Shown in pieces: positions 20,799 through 27,505 of a stretch of DNA of 64,000 nt. The position numbers were made by a program, and so were the translations under genes. Origin of the DNA: Clostridia bacterium (lineage in GTDB: Bacteria > Bacteroidota > Bacteroidia > Bacteroidales > 4484-276); contig SABY01000005.1 of assembly GCA_009928785.1 (NCBI GenBank), forward strand, positions 779 to 64,778, read 5' to 3'. A model generated the notes under the pieces. The model did no database searches. It saw only the letters and a list, made by a program, of their open reading frames with translations, and was not told the DNA's origin. Every line of letters begins with the position of its first letter. The first letter of the stretch is position 1.

Positions 20799-20961
20799 TA
20801 ATGATTTTGGCAACCAGGATGCGTACAATAAGAAAAGGATGACAACCAAGCGATCCATTGCACGCTGGCCATGTGCTATGTGTCCTAAAATTTAAAACAA
20901 CTTCTTAAACCATTTCTTGTAGCTGGTGTTTTTTTAAAATTAACAACTTAAAACTAACACT

Positions 20962-21132
20962 ATGCCTTGGACAAAAAACGATTATCCCGATTCGATGAAG
21001 AACCTGGATAAAAAAGTAAGAGACAAAGCCATCGAAATTGCCAATGCGCTCGTCGAAGAAGAAAATATGGACGAAGGTCGTGCTATCCCTATCGCCATCA
21101 GCAAAGCCAAAGAATGGGCTGAAAATCATTAG
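20962..21132 (+). CDS. Small conserved-looking protein (56 aa) with ChaB-like N-terminal motif
   Basis: Not in the ORF track (<60 aa). Sequence: MPWTKNDYPDSMKNLDKKVRDKAIEIANALVEEENMDEGRAIPIAISKAKEWAENH. The P..K.D.P.S.K pattern followed by a helical region resembles ChaB-type small proteins. A hairpin AGGCAA-AAG-TTGCCT follows the stop. Confidence 0.55.
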   Translation: MPWTKNDYPDSMKNLDKKVRDKAIEIANALVEEENMDEGRAIPIAISKAKEWAENH

Positions 21133-21148
21133 GCAAAAGTTGCCTTTC

Positions 21149-21302
21149 AATATTGAGTTTAGTATAAAAACTCAAAAACTTCTGATTTTTAGTCCTGTTT
21201 ACCTATGACTCTAAAGGAAGAAGTACTAAAAATCAGAAGTTAGGACAAGTCCCCTTTAGGGGATTTAGGGGTTTTACGGCTTTTTAGACTGGTCTCAATA
21301 TT
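21149..21302 (+). mobile_element. MITE-like element, copy 1 (with a 65-bp nested hairpin insertion)
   Basis: 9-bp terminal inverted repeats AATATTGAG / CTCAATATT. The internal blocks GAGTTTAGTATAAAAACTCAAAA and CAAGTCCCCTTTAGGGGATTTAGGGGTT are shared with 58863-58949 in opposite orientation. The insertion at 21177-21241 has a 17-bp perfect inverted repeat AACTTCTGATTTTTAGT. Confidence 0.6.
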
Positions 21303-21364
21303 CAATCATTTTTACTCTGCTGAGTCTCCTAATTTGATCGCGTTTACCTGGCATCATCAACAGG

Positions 21365-22213
21365 TTACTTAAGTGTATAACTCAGCGTCAGGCCTGTAAA
21401 TCCGCTGCTGCTATAGGGGGTGACGGTTACTTTCTGCTTTTCGTAATTATTGTAAACCAATCGGCCAACTGCATAGCCCAATGCGGCTCCTGCAAATATG
21501 TCGCTGGCCCAGTGGCGGTCGTCGTAGGTGCGCGAGAGTGCTACCAGCGTGGCCAGCGAAAAAGCTGTAATACCTACCCAGCATTGTTCGTGGTAGTAGG
21601 CGCTAAGCACCGTAGCTGCTGCAAATGCTGCCGACGAATGTCCGGATGGGAAGGAGTTGTTGCGCCAGTCGCCCAGCGGGCCATACCAGTTGAAAGGATC
21701 GGCAGGATCGGTGGCATCGGGACGCTCGCGCTGAAACACACCTTTAAGCAGCAGCGTGTAACCACCCGTAAGCAAAACCGCTTTGCCGGTAAGCAAAGCC
21801 GCCGTTTCGGTGTGGCCGTCGTTGGCAGCCACACCATATAAATACATGCCCCCAAGCAGACCTGCCAGGTACCATTTCCCCATCGGATCGAGCACATATT
21901 TCGATATGTTGTCCTGGGTGGCGGTGTGGTTGCGCAGATAAAAATCGCGGATGGCTTCGTCCTGCGTAAAAAGCACCAGCGTGACGCCGGTAAAAGCTGC
22001 GAAGCCAAGCCATTCTCTGCTACCCCAACCAATAGGGGCGATGGCAATGTTGGCAGCGTCGGTGGCGTACGACAGCAGATAATCCTTGTTGATGTGTAGC
22101 TCCGGCAGGGTATCCTGCGCAGCCGCCGGCAGCGCCATCAGCAAAAAAGCCATCAGCGTAAGCGCTAAATGTCGTCTGCTGATAATAGCCTTATGCTTTG
22201 GGTTGGTCATCAA
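21365..22213 (-). CDS. PAP2-family (type 2 phosphatidic acid / acid) phosphatase
   Basis: All three PAP2 motifs are present: KGVFQRERP, PSGHSSAAF and SRTYDDRHWASD. There is an N-terminal signal peptide. Confidence 0.85.
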   Translation of the reverse strand: MMTNPKHKAIISRRHLALTLMAFLLMALPAAAQDTLPELHINKDYLLSYATDAANIAIAPIGWGSREWLGFAAFTGVTLVLFTQDEAIRDFYLRNHTATQDNISKYVLDPMGKWYLAGLLGGMYLYGVAANDGHTETAALLTGKAVLLTGGYTLLLKGVFQRERPDATDPADPFNWYGPLGDWRNNSFPSGHSSAAFAAATVLSAYYHEQCWVGITAFSLATLVALSRTYDDRHWASDIFAGAALGYAVGRLVYNNYEKQKVTVTPYSSSGFTGLTLSYTLK

Positions 22214-22252
22214 GAAGGAGGGCTTTATTTGGGATTTGTATTTTGGGATTTG

Positions 22253-23029
22253 TTATTTCTCTTCTTCCCGTTTGGCTTCGTTCCAAAAGCCATCCATCTG
22301 CTCCAGCGAGAGCTGATGCAGCGCGTTGCCATTTTTGCGTGCCTGCTCCTCGATGTAGTTGAAGCGGCGCATAAACTTGCGGTTGGTGCGCTCCAAAGCA
22401 TCTTCGGGATTAACCCCAATAAAACGCGCATAATTTACCAACGAAAACAACAGATCGCCAAACTCTTTCTCCATTGCGGCTACATCGCCGCGCGCCACTT
22501 CCTGCTGCAGCTCACCAATTTCTTCGTTCACTTTTTCCCATACCTGCGCAGTTTCTTTCCAGTCGAAGCCCACACCGCGCGCTTTTTCCTGCATTCGGAA
22601 AGCCTTCACCATGGCGGGCAGCGAGGTGGGCACGCCGCCCAGCACCGTCTTGCGGCCTTTCTCTTTCAGCTTTATCTTTTCCCAGTTGTTTTTTACGTCT
22701 TCATCATCAGCCACCTGCACATTGCTGTAAATATGCGGATGCCGTACAATGAGTTTTTCGGCGATGCCGTCGAGCACGTCTTTTATGTCGAAGTCGCCGG
22801 TTTCGGAGCCTATCTTGGCATAAAACACCAGGTGCAGCATCAGATCGCCCAGCTCTTTGCAGATTTCTTTGGGGCTATTTTCCAGAATGGCATCGGAAAG
22901 CTCGTAGGTTTCTTCGATGGTGAGATACCGTAAGCTCTCGAAAGTTTGCTTTTTGTCCCAGGGGCAGCCGGCGCGCAGCTCGTCCATTATCGTGAGCAAT
23001 CGCCCAAAGGCAGCCAGTTTTTCGTCCAT
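22253..23029 (-). CDS. mazG: Nucleoside triphosphate pyrophosphohydrolase MazG
   Basis: LLTIMDELRAGCPWDKKQTFESLRYLTIEETYEL plus a second EEIGELQQE-type MazG repeat. 258 aa. Confidence 0.9.
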   Translation of the reverse strand: MDEKLAAFGRLLTIMDELRAGCPWDKKQTFESLRYLTIEETYELSDAILENSPKEICKELGDLMLHLVFYAKIGSETGDFDIKDVLDGIAEKLIVRHPHIYSNVQVADDEDVKNNWEKIKLKEKGRKTVLGGVPTSLPAMVKAFRMQEKARGVGFDWKETAQVWEKVNEEIGELQQEVARGDVAAMEKEFGDLLFSLVNYARFIGVNPEDALERTNRKFMRRFNYIEEQARKNGNALHQLSLEQMDGFWNEAKREEEK

Positions 23030-23063
23030 GATTCGTAGTTGATTTATTGTATTAATAAAGTGG

Positions 23064-23071
23064 CAAAGATA
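23064..23071 (-). promoter_or_regulatory. -7 box TATCTTTG (minus strand) for mazG
   Basis: Plus strand reads CAAAGATA, 35 nt upstream of the mazG ATG. It overlaps by 2 nt a plus-strand box TAAGTTTG (23070-23077). Confidence 0.45.
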
Positions 23072-23084
23072 AGTTTGATATTCA

Positions 23085-23291
23085 ACATAAGAGGATGCAC
23101 GAACCCTGACAGTTTTTAAAACCCTGACAGGTTTCGTGGCGCGTAACCAGCCTCACGGGCAAGCCACACCCTGAACTATGTCTAAGCATAAAACGCCATT
23201 TTTAAACGACAGTACTTCTGTATGATGGAATTCACGGTGTGGCTGAGGATATTCAAAAGCCTCTCTGCGACATGCGGGGAGGCTTTTTTTG
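23085..23291 (+). ncRNA. Candidate ~200-nt small RNA (promoter box, long-stem hairpin H1, intrinsic terminator)
   Basis: A plus-strand TAAGTTTG box lies at 23070-23077. Two direct CCCTGACAG repeats follow. Hairpin H1 (23162-23244) has a 13-bp closing stem AGCCACACC.TGAA / TTCA.GGTGTGGCT. A terminator lies at 23255-23291. No ORF is present. The element has not been identified with any known RNA family. Confidence 0.3.
23255..23291 (+). terminator. Intrinsic terminator
   Basis: AAAA-GCCTCTC-loop-GGGAGGC-TTTTTTT (7-bp stem including one G-U). Confidence 0.6.
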
Positions 23292-23373
23292 CAAGAAAGA
23301 AAAGACGATACCTTATCGTTTATTAAAATAGATGTACTTTTGATAAGTACGATATGCTAATAAACTTTTAAAA

Positions 23374-23586
23374 ATGATCAAAATGCAAATTGAAAGAACC
23401 TCTGACGAAATCATCATCAGATTACCTTCTTATGTGAAGTTGGAGGCAATCGAAAACCTGCTCGATTACCTTGCATATAGTGAAGCTACTTCACGATCGC
23501 AGGCCACCCAGGAAGAAATAGATGCTCTGGCAAAAGAAGTAAAAAAAGGCTGGTGGGAACAGAACAGAAACAGGCTCGTAGGATGA
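23374..23586 (+). CDS. Putative antitoxin of a PIN-type TA pair
   Basis: 70-aa acidic/helical ORF whose stop overlaps the PIN gene start (ATGA). No family is recognised by eye. Confidence 0.55.
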   Translation: MIKMQIERTSDEIIIRLPSYVKLEAIENLLDYLAYSEATSRSQATQEEIDALAKEVKKGWWEQNRNRLVG

Positions 23587-24036
23587 AAATAATCGTTGAC
23601 ACCAATATCATCTTTAGTGCCCTTGTCAATAGTAATGGTCAGATAGGTGAATTGCTGTTTAATTCCGGAAGTCTGTTTAGCTTTTATAGTTGTGTCTATA
23701 TGAGATTTGAAATTGAAAAACATTGGGGAAAGTTGTTAAAAGTATCAAAGCTCAGCAAAGCAGAATTGGAAGAGTCGAAAATACAGGCTTTATCGAAAGA
23801 TTTCGTTTGTCGATGAAGGACTAATACCAAAAGAAACATGGCTTTTAGCCGAAACATTCGTTAAAAGTATTGATATTGATGACATCGATTTTATTGCAAT
23901 CAATGAGTTTCTGGAGGGGTTTCTTTGGACAGGTGATAAGGCTTTGTACAAGGAGCTTATCAAGAAAGGATACAATAGAGTTTACAATACTTCTGAGATG
24001 GTTCAAATTATAAACGAAAATCGAAAAATAGTTTAA
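23583..24036 (+). pseudogene. PIN-domain toxin gene interrupted by a frameshift near 23795-23815
   Basis: Frame A gives MKIIVDTNIIFSALVNS...ESKIQALSKDFVCR* (stop 23816). The next frame continues ISFVDEGLIPKETWLLAETFVKSIDIDDIDFIAINEFLEGFLWTGDKALYKELIKKGY...* (stop 24036). Together they form a full PIN domain (DTN ... D.DD ... WTGDK). Confidence 0.7.
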
Positions 24037-24067
24037 GTTTAATACGAGTGCTGAATTGGGTTAAGCA

Positions 24068-24149
24068 AGCCACGCCGTGAATCATTCCCAAGCATGAAAC
24101 ACCATTTTAAAAGACAGCACGTCTGCCGGGAGAAATTCACGGTATGGCT
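24068..24149 (+). other. Long-stem hairpin element H2 (paralog of 23162-23244)
   Basis: 15-position closing stem AGCCACGCCGTGAAT / ATTCACGGTATGGCT (1 mismatch, 1 G-U). It shares the interior AAGCATRAAAC.CCATTTTAAA.GACAG.AC.TCTG with H1. Confidence 0.4.
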
Positions 24150-24197
24150 GGAAATTAGATACTTAGTACTTTGAAAAATCAACACATTTAAAGAAAT

Positions 24198-24398
24198 ATG
24201 AAATTTACTGCATTAATCGAAAAATCAGAAGACGGGTGGTATGTTGGCCAGTTAGAAGAATTGCCGGCAGTTTTGTCGCAGGGCAAAACCATTGAGGAGC
24301 TAAAGGCCAACTTGTTGGATGCATTACCACTATTTCTTGAAACAAACAAGGAGTTAACATCCATTAATTACACAAACCGCATGGTTGTTAGGGAATAA
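24198..24398 (+). CDS. hicB: HicB-family antitoxin (UPF0150-type)
   Basis: MKFTALIEKSEDGWYVGQLEELPAVLSQGKTIEELKANLLDALPLFLE, a typical HicB N-terminal domain. Confidence 0.75.
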   Translation: MKFTALIEKSEDGWYVGQLEELPAVLSQGKTIEELKANLLDALPLFLETNKELTSINYTNRMVVRE

Positions 24399-24409
24399 TT
24401 AACTTTGTA

Positions 24410-24595
24410 ATGAAACAAAGTACCTTTATAAAACATTTAAAATTGCACCACTGCATGCTGCTTCGGGAAGGAAGCCATCATTCAATTTATGTAAATAAAA
24501 AAAATCAGAAACAATCGTCGGTAGGAAGACATAAATAATTATCAGATTTACTTTGTAAATAAATATGCAAGCAACTTGACATACCTGAAATTTAA
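24410..24595 (+). pseudogene. hicA: HicA-family toxin gene with two in-frame TAA codons
   Basis: Codon-by-codon reading gives MKQSTFIKHLKLHHCMLLREGSHHSIYVNKKNQKQSSVGRHK*LSDLLCK*ICKQLDIPEI*. Stops lie at 24536-24538 and 24560-24562. The sequence after each stop still looks like HicA (...RH.E..D.L.KKICK.L.IP). Confidence 0.65.
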
Positions 24596-24691
24596 TGAAT
24601 TTGATAATCAAACAAACTCAAAAAACTGACTTGATCATCGCTATCTCTGCGTATTCGAAAGGAATCTACTATCAGAAAGCATTGCTATCAA

Positions 24692-24904
24692 TCAAATATT
24701 GTTGTTCCATTCGTTACGGCTATTTTTGATGTGATCTTGCAATTTTTCCGCTACCGACAAGGGAAGTTTGCCAGTATATTTTTCAGATAAAGGAAGTTCT
24801 TCAGCGTGTTCTGTCTTTAAAATGCGTAGCAATTTCAAGGCTTCCAATTCTTTAAGCAATTTCATGGTGCCTGATGAAGTAAGTTTTATTAATGCAGTTT
24901 CCAT
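24692..24904 (-). CDS. Small helical protein, possible orphan antitoxin
   Basis: 70 aa from METALIKLTSSGTMKLLKELEALKLL...KLPLSVAEKLQDHIKNSRNEWNNNI. The role is inferred only from its position in the TA islet. Confidence 0.4.
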   Translation of the reverse strand: METALIKLTSSGTMKLLKELEALKLLRILKTEHAEELPLSEKYTGKLPLSVAEKLQDHIKNSRNEWNNNI

Positions 24905-25190
24905 TTGTAATAACTTTGTTTGATTTTTAACAGTTCGCTCCTGCAAATTTAATACAGAATACTGGCTGGTGAAAACCATAAACTGCTGCTTGAAAATGTA
25001 AATCCTGCGTTGCCCCCCACTGATAATAACCTATCCATTGTTGAGTTTAGACAGCGTGCTTCTCATCGCCGGCAAAACATAGAGCCGGAGGATAACAAAC
25101 ACAGGTTTTTGATGTTTAAATGACAATTATAAATTTGACCGTAATTATTAAAACATTCCCATTGATAAGGGATAAAAACAATAGGCTCAC

Positions 25191-26411
25191 GTGAATTTTG
25201 ATGTAGAAAAAATACGCAAAGATTTCCCGCTTTTGCAGCGCACGGTGTACAACAAACCACTCATTTATCTCGACAATGCCGCCACCAACCAAAAGCCGCG
25301 GCAGGTACTTCAGCGCATGGCGGATTATTACGAAAACGAAAACAGCAACATCCACCGTGGTACGCACAAGCTTAGCATCCAGGCTACCACCGCTTACGAG
25401 CAAGCCCGACAAACGGTGGCTCAGTTTATCCATGCGCCCGCTGCAGAGCAAATTATTTTTACCAAAGGCACCACCGAATCCATCAATTTGGTGGCAGCAA
25501 CTTTTGGGGAGCGTTTTGTGCAGAATGGCGACGAGATATTGATCACGCACATGGAGCATCACAGCAACATTGTGCCCTGGCAACTTATGTGTGGCCGGCG
25601 TGGCGCCACCTTGCGTGTAGCTGATATTGCCGAAGATGGTACTTTGGACATGGATGACTTTAAGCGAAAGCTCACGCCTAAAACCAAACTGGTGGCTTTT
25701 GCGCACGTATCCAATACGCTCGGCACCATCAATCCGGCGCAGCAGTTGGTAAAGCTGGCGCACGATGCCGGCGCCCGCGTGCTCATCGACGGTGCCCAGG
25801 CTGTGGCGCATCTGCCGGTGGACGTGCAGGCGCTCGACTGCGATTTTTATTGTTTCTCGGCGCACAAGATTTATGGCCCTATGGGCAATGGTGTGCTCTA
25901 TGGCAAAAAGGAAATCCTGGAGGAACTCCCGCCCTATCAGGGTGGTGGCGAAATGATAAGCGAGGTAACTTTTGATAAAACAACTTTTAATGAGCTGCCT
26001 TTCCGCTTTGAAGCCGGCACGCCCAATGTTGCCGGAGCGCTTGGGCTGGAAGCGGCGTTGCATTACATCCAAAGCGTTGGCGCCCGGGCAATGCATCAAT
26101 ACGAAAATGACCTGCTGCTTTATGCGACCGAAAAACTAAGCGCCATCTCCGGCTTAATCATTTATGGCAATTCACCCGAAAAAACCGGCGTTGTCACCTT
26201 TAACCTGGCCGGAATACATTCTTACGACGTGGGCACCCTGCTCGACAAATTTGGCGTCGCGGTGCGAACCGGGCATATGTGCACCCAGCCACTCACCGTG
26301 TTTTATGGTGTTCCGGGGTTTATCCGCGCATCATTCTCCATGTACAATACGCGCCAGGAAGTGGATGCGCTGGCCGATGCCATTCTGCGCAGCCGCGAAA
26401 TGCTGCTTTAG
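25191..26411 (+). CDS. sufS: Cysteine desulfurase, SufS type (GTG start)
   Basis: FDVEKIRKDFPLLQ, IYLDNAATNQKP, HRGTHKLS, the PLP-lysine context FYCFSAHKIYGP, and the active-site region RTGHMCTQP. Confidence 0.9.
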   Translation: MNFDVEKIRKDFPLLQRTVYNKPLIYLDNAATNQKPRQVLQRMADYYENENSNIHRGTHKLSIQATTAYEQARQTVAQFIHAPAAEQIIFTKGTTESINLVAATFGERFVQNGDEILITHMEHHSNIVPWQLMCGRRGATLRVADIAEDGTLDMDDFKRKLTPKTKLVAFAHVSNTLGTINPAQQLVKLAHDAGARVLIDGAQAVAHLPVDVQALDCDFYCFSAHKIYGPMGNGVLYGKKEILEELPPYQGGGEMISEVTFDKTTFNELPFRFEAGTPNVAGALGLEAALHYIQSVGARAMHQYENDLLLYATEKLSAISGLIIYGNSPEKTGVVTFNLAGIHSYDVGTLLDKFGVAVRTGHMCTQPLTVFYGVPGFIRASFSMYNTRQEVDALADAILRSREMLL

Positions 26412-26490
26412 TTTTGGCTCATTTTTTTTAATAATATTTTGATAAAACATAATTAATTAGACAGTGAAATTGAATGCGAAATCTTTATGA

Positions 26491-26628
26491 CCCCATCCCC
26501 AGCCTCCCGATAATCGGGACAGGCTTTCTCCGCCATGTGGCGGAAAGGGAGATCAGCCGCACAAGCCTCTGCAGCGGCCAGTGCGACGGCATTCTCTCCG
26601 TCGGCTGACGGAGGAGTTAAAGGGGGTC
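26491..26628 (+). repeat. ~135-nt four-helix structured element, copy A (candidate ncRNA or REP/PATE-like repeat)
   Basis: Outer pairing CCCC...GGGG. Helices GCC-UCCCGA-UAA-UCGGGA-C-AGGC, UCCGCC-AUGU-GGCGGA, GCCGC-13 nt-GCGGC and CUCCGUC-GGCU-GACGGAG. The ends are shared almost exactly with 29491-29621. Confidence 0.5.
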
Positions 26629-26693
26629 TTAAACGGTAGCCATATTATGGAAGAAAACAACTGAATCATTTTGATAAAACAACAATAGCGAAC

Positions 26694-27134
26694 ATGGAAA
26701 CGATTAGCGAAAAGGAAAACAAGATCGTTGATGAATTTGAAATCTACGACGACTGGCTCGACAAATACAATTATCTTATCGAGATGGGCAAAGACCTGCC
26801 GCAGATTGATGAGAAACACAAAGTGAAGCAAAATCTCATTTCCGGCTGCCAGAGCAGTGTTTGGCTTTACGGCGAGTACCGCGACGGACGCGTTTATTTT
26901 TCTGCCGACAGCGACGCCGTCATCACCAAGGGAATTGTGAACCTGCTCATCAGGGTGCTGTCGGGGCAAACTCCCCAAGCCATCATCGATACTGATTTGG
27001 TGTTTATTGATAAAATAGGTCTCAAAGAACATCTCTCGCCCACACGCTCCAACGGACTGGTGTCGATGATTAAGCAAATGAAACTTTACGCACTTGCGTT
27101 TAAAACCAAATACGAATTAAAATCCGAAAAATAA
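26694..27134 (+). CDS. sufE: SufE-like sulfur acceptor protein
   Basis: 146 aa with the SufE active-site context ISGCQSSVWL and DSDAVITKGIV. Confidence 0.85.
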   Translation: METISEKENKIVDEFEIYDDWLDKYNYLIEMGKDLPQIDEKHKVKQNLISGCQSSVWLYGEYRDGRVYFSADSDAVITKGIVNLLIRVLSGQTPQAIIDTDLVFIDKIGLKEHLSPTRSNGLVSMIKQMKLYALAFKTKYELKSEK

Positions 27135-27451
27135 TGGACAGCAATAATAGTCAGTCATTGCGCGAAGCAGTGATAGAAGAAATACAATCAGTTTATGATC
27201 CCGAAATCCCGGTAAATATTTTTGAGCTGGGACTGGTGTACGAAGTAAAGGTAGAAGATGACAAAGTGCATGTGCTCATGACGCTCACTTCGCCCAACTG
27301 CCCGGTGGCGGAATCGCTGCCCATGGAGGTAAAACAAAAAATTGAAGCCCTCGATGGAGTCCGTGAAGCCGAAGTTGAAATTACTTTCGATCCTTCCTGG
27401 GACGAAGAAATGATGTCGGATGAAGCCAAACTGGAATTGGGATTATTGTAG
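27134..27451 (+). CDS. DUF59/SufT-type Fe-S assembly protein
   Basis: VYDPEIPVNIFELGLVY and LTSPNCPVAE. The start overlaps the sufE stop. Confidence 0.8.
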   Translation: MDSNNSQSLREAVIEEIQSVYDPEIPVNIFELGLVYEVKVEDDKVHVLMTLTSPNCPVAESLPMEVKQKIEALDGVREAEVEITFDPSWDEEMMSDEAKLELGLL

Positions 27452-27505
27452 TTTTGCCAACAGACGATAAAACTCTGCTTACATTTTAATTTTCAATAAA
27501 AAGGC

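Noticed and set aside
20905-21150. 81-aa minus-strand ORF from the track.
   Set aside because: The translation is implausible, and the region is better explained by the 56-aa plus-strand gene at 20962-21132 with its own terminator hairpin.
23162-24149. H1/H2 hairpins as integron attC sites, making this a CALIN-type cassette array of TA genes.
   Set aside because: The expected R''(RYYYAAC)...R'(GTTRRRY) arrangement is not present. The only GTTAAGC lies at the 5' side of H2 and is absent from H1. There is no intI gene in the window.
24536-24562. In-frame TAA codons in hicA as a sign of stop-codon reassignment or programmed read-through.
   Set aside because: Numerous well-supported genes in the window terminate normally at TAA (e.g. 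dxs, typA, htpG, valS). No other gene shows internal TAA. Nonsense inactivation of a toxin is the simpler explanation.
24596-24691. A 13-codon ORF (MLSDSRFLSNTQR) after the 70-aa minus-strand gene as a remnant of a third (PIN-like) toxin.
   Set aside because: It is too short, and its resemblance to PIN N-termini is vague. It is mentioned only as a possibility under the hicA finding.
26491-26628. Element A/B as a hammerhead-type ribozyme (CTGACGG resembles CUGANGA) or as a riboswitch for suf genes.
   Set aside because: The CUGANGA core is not matched (G instead of A at the last position), and no GAAA partner is in place. The second copy precedes an unrelated T9SS gene, which argues against a gene-specific riboswitch.
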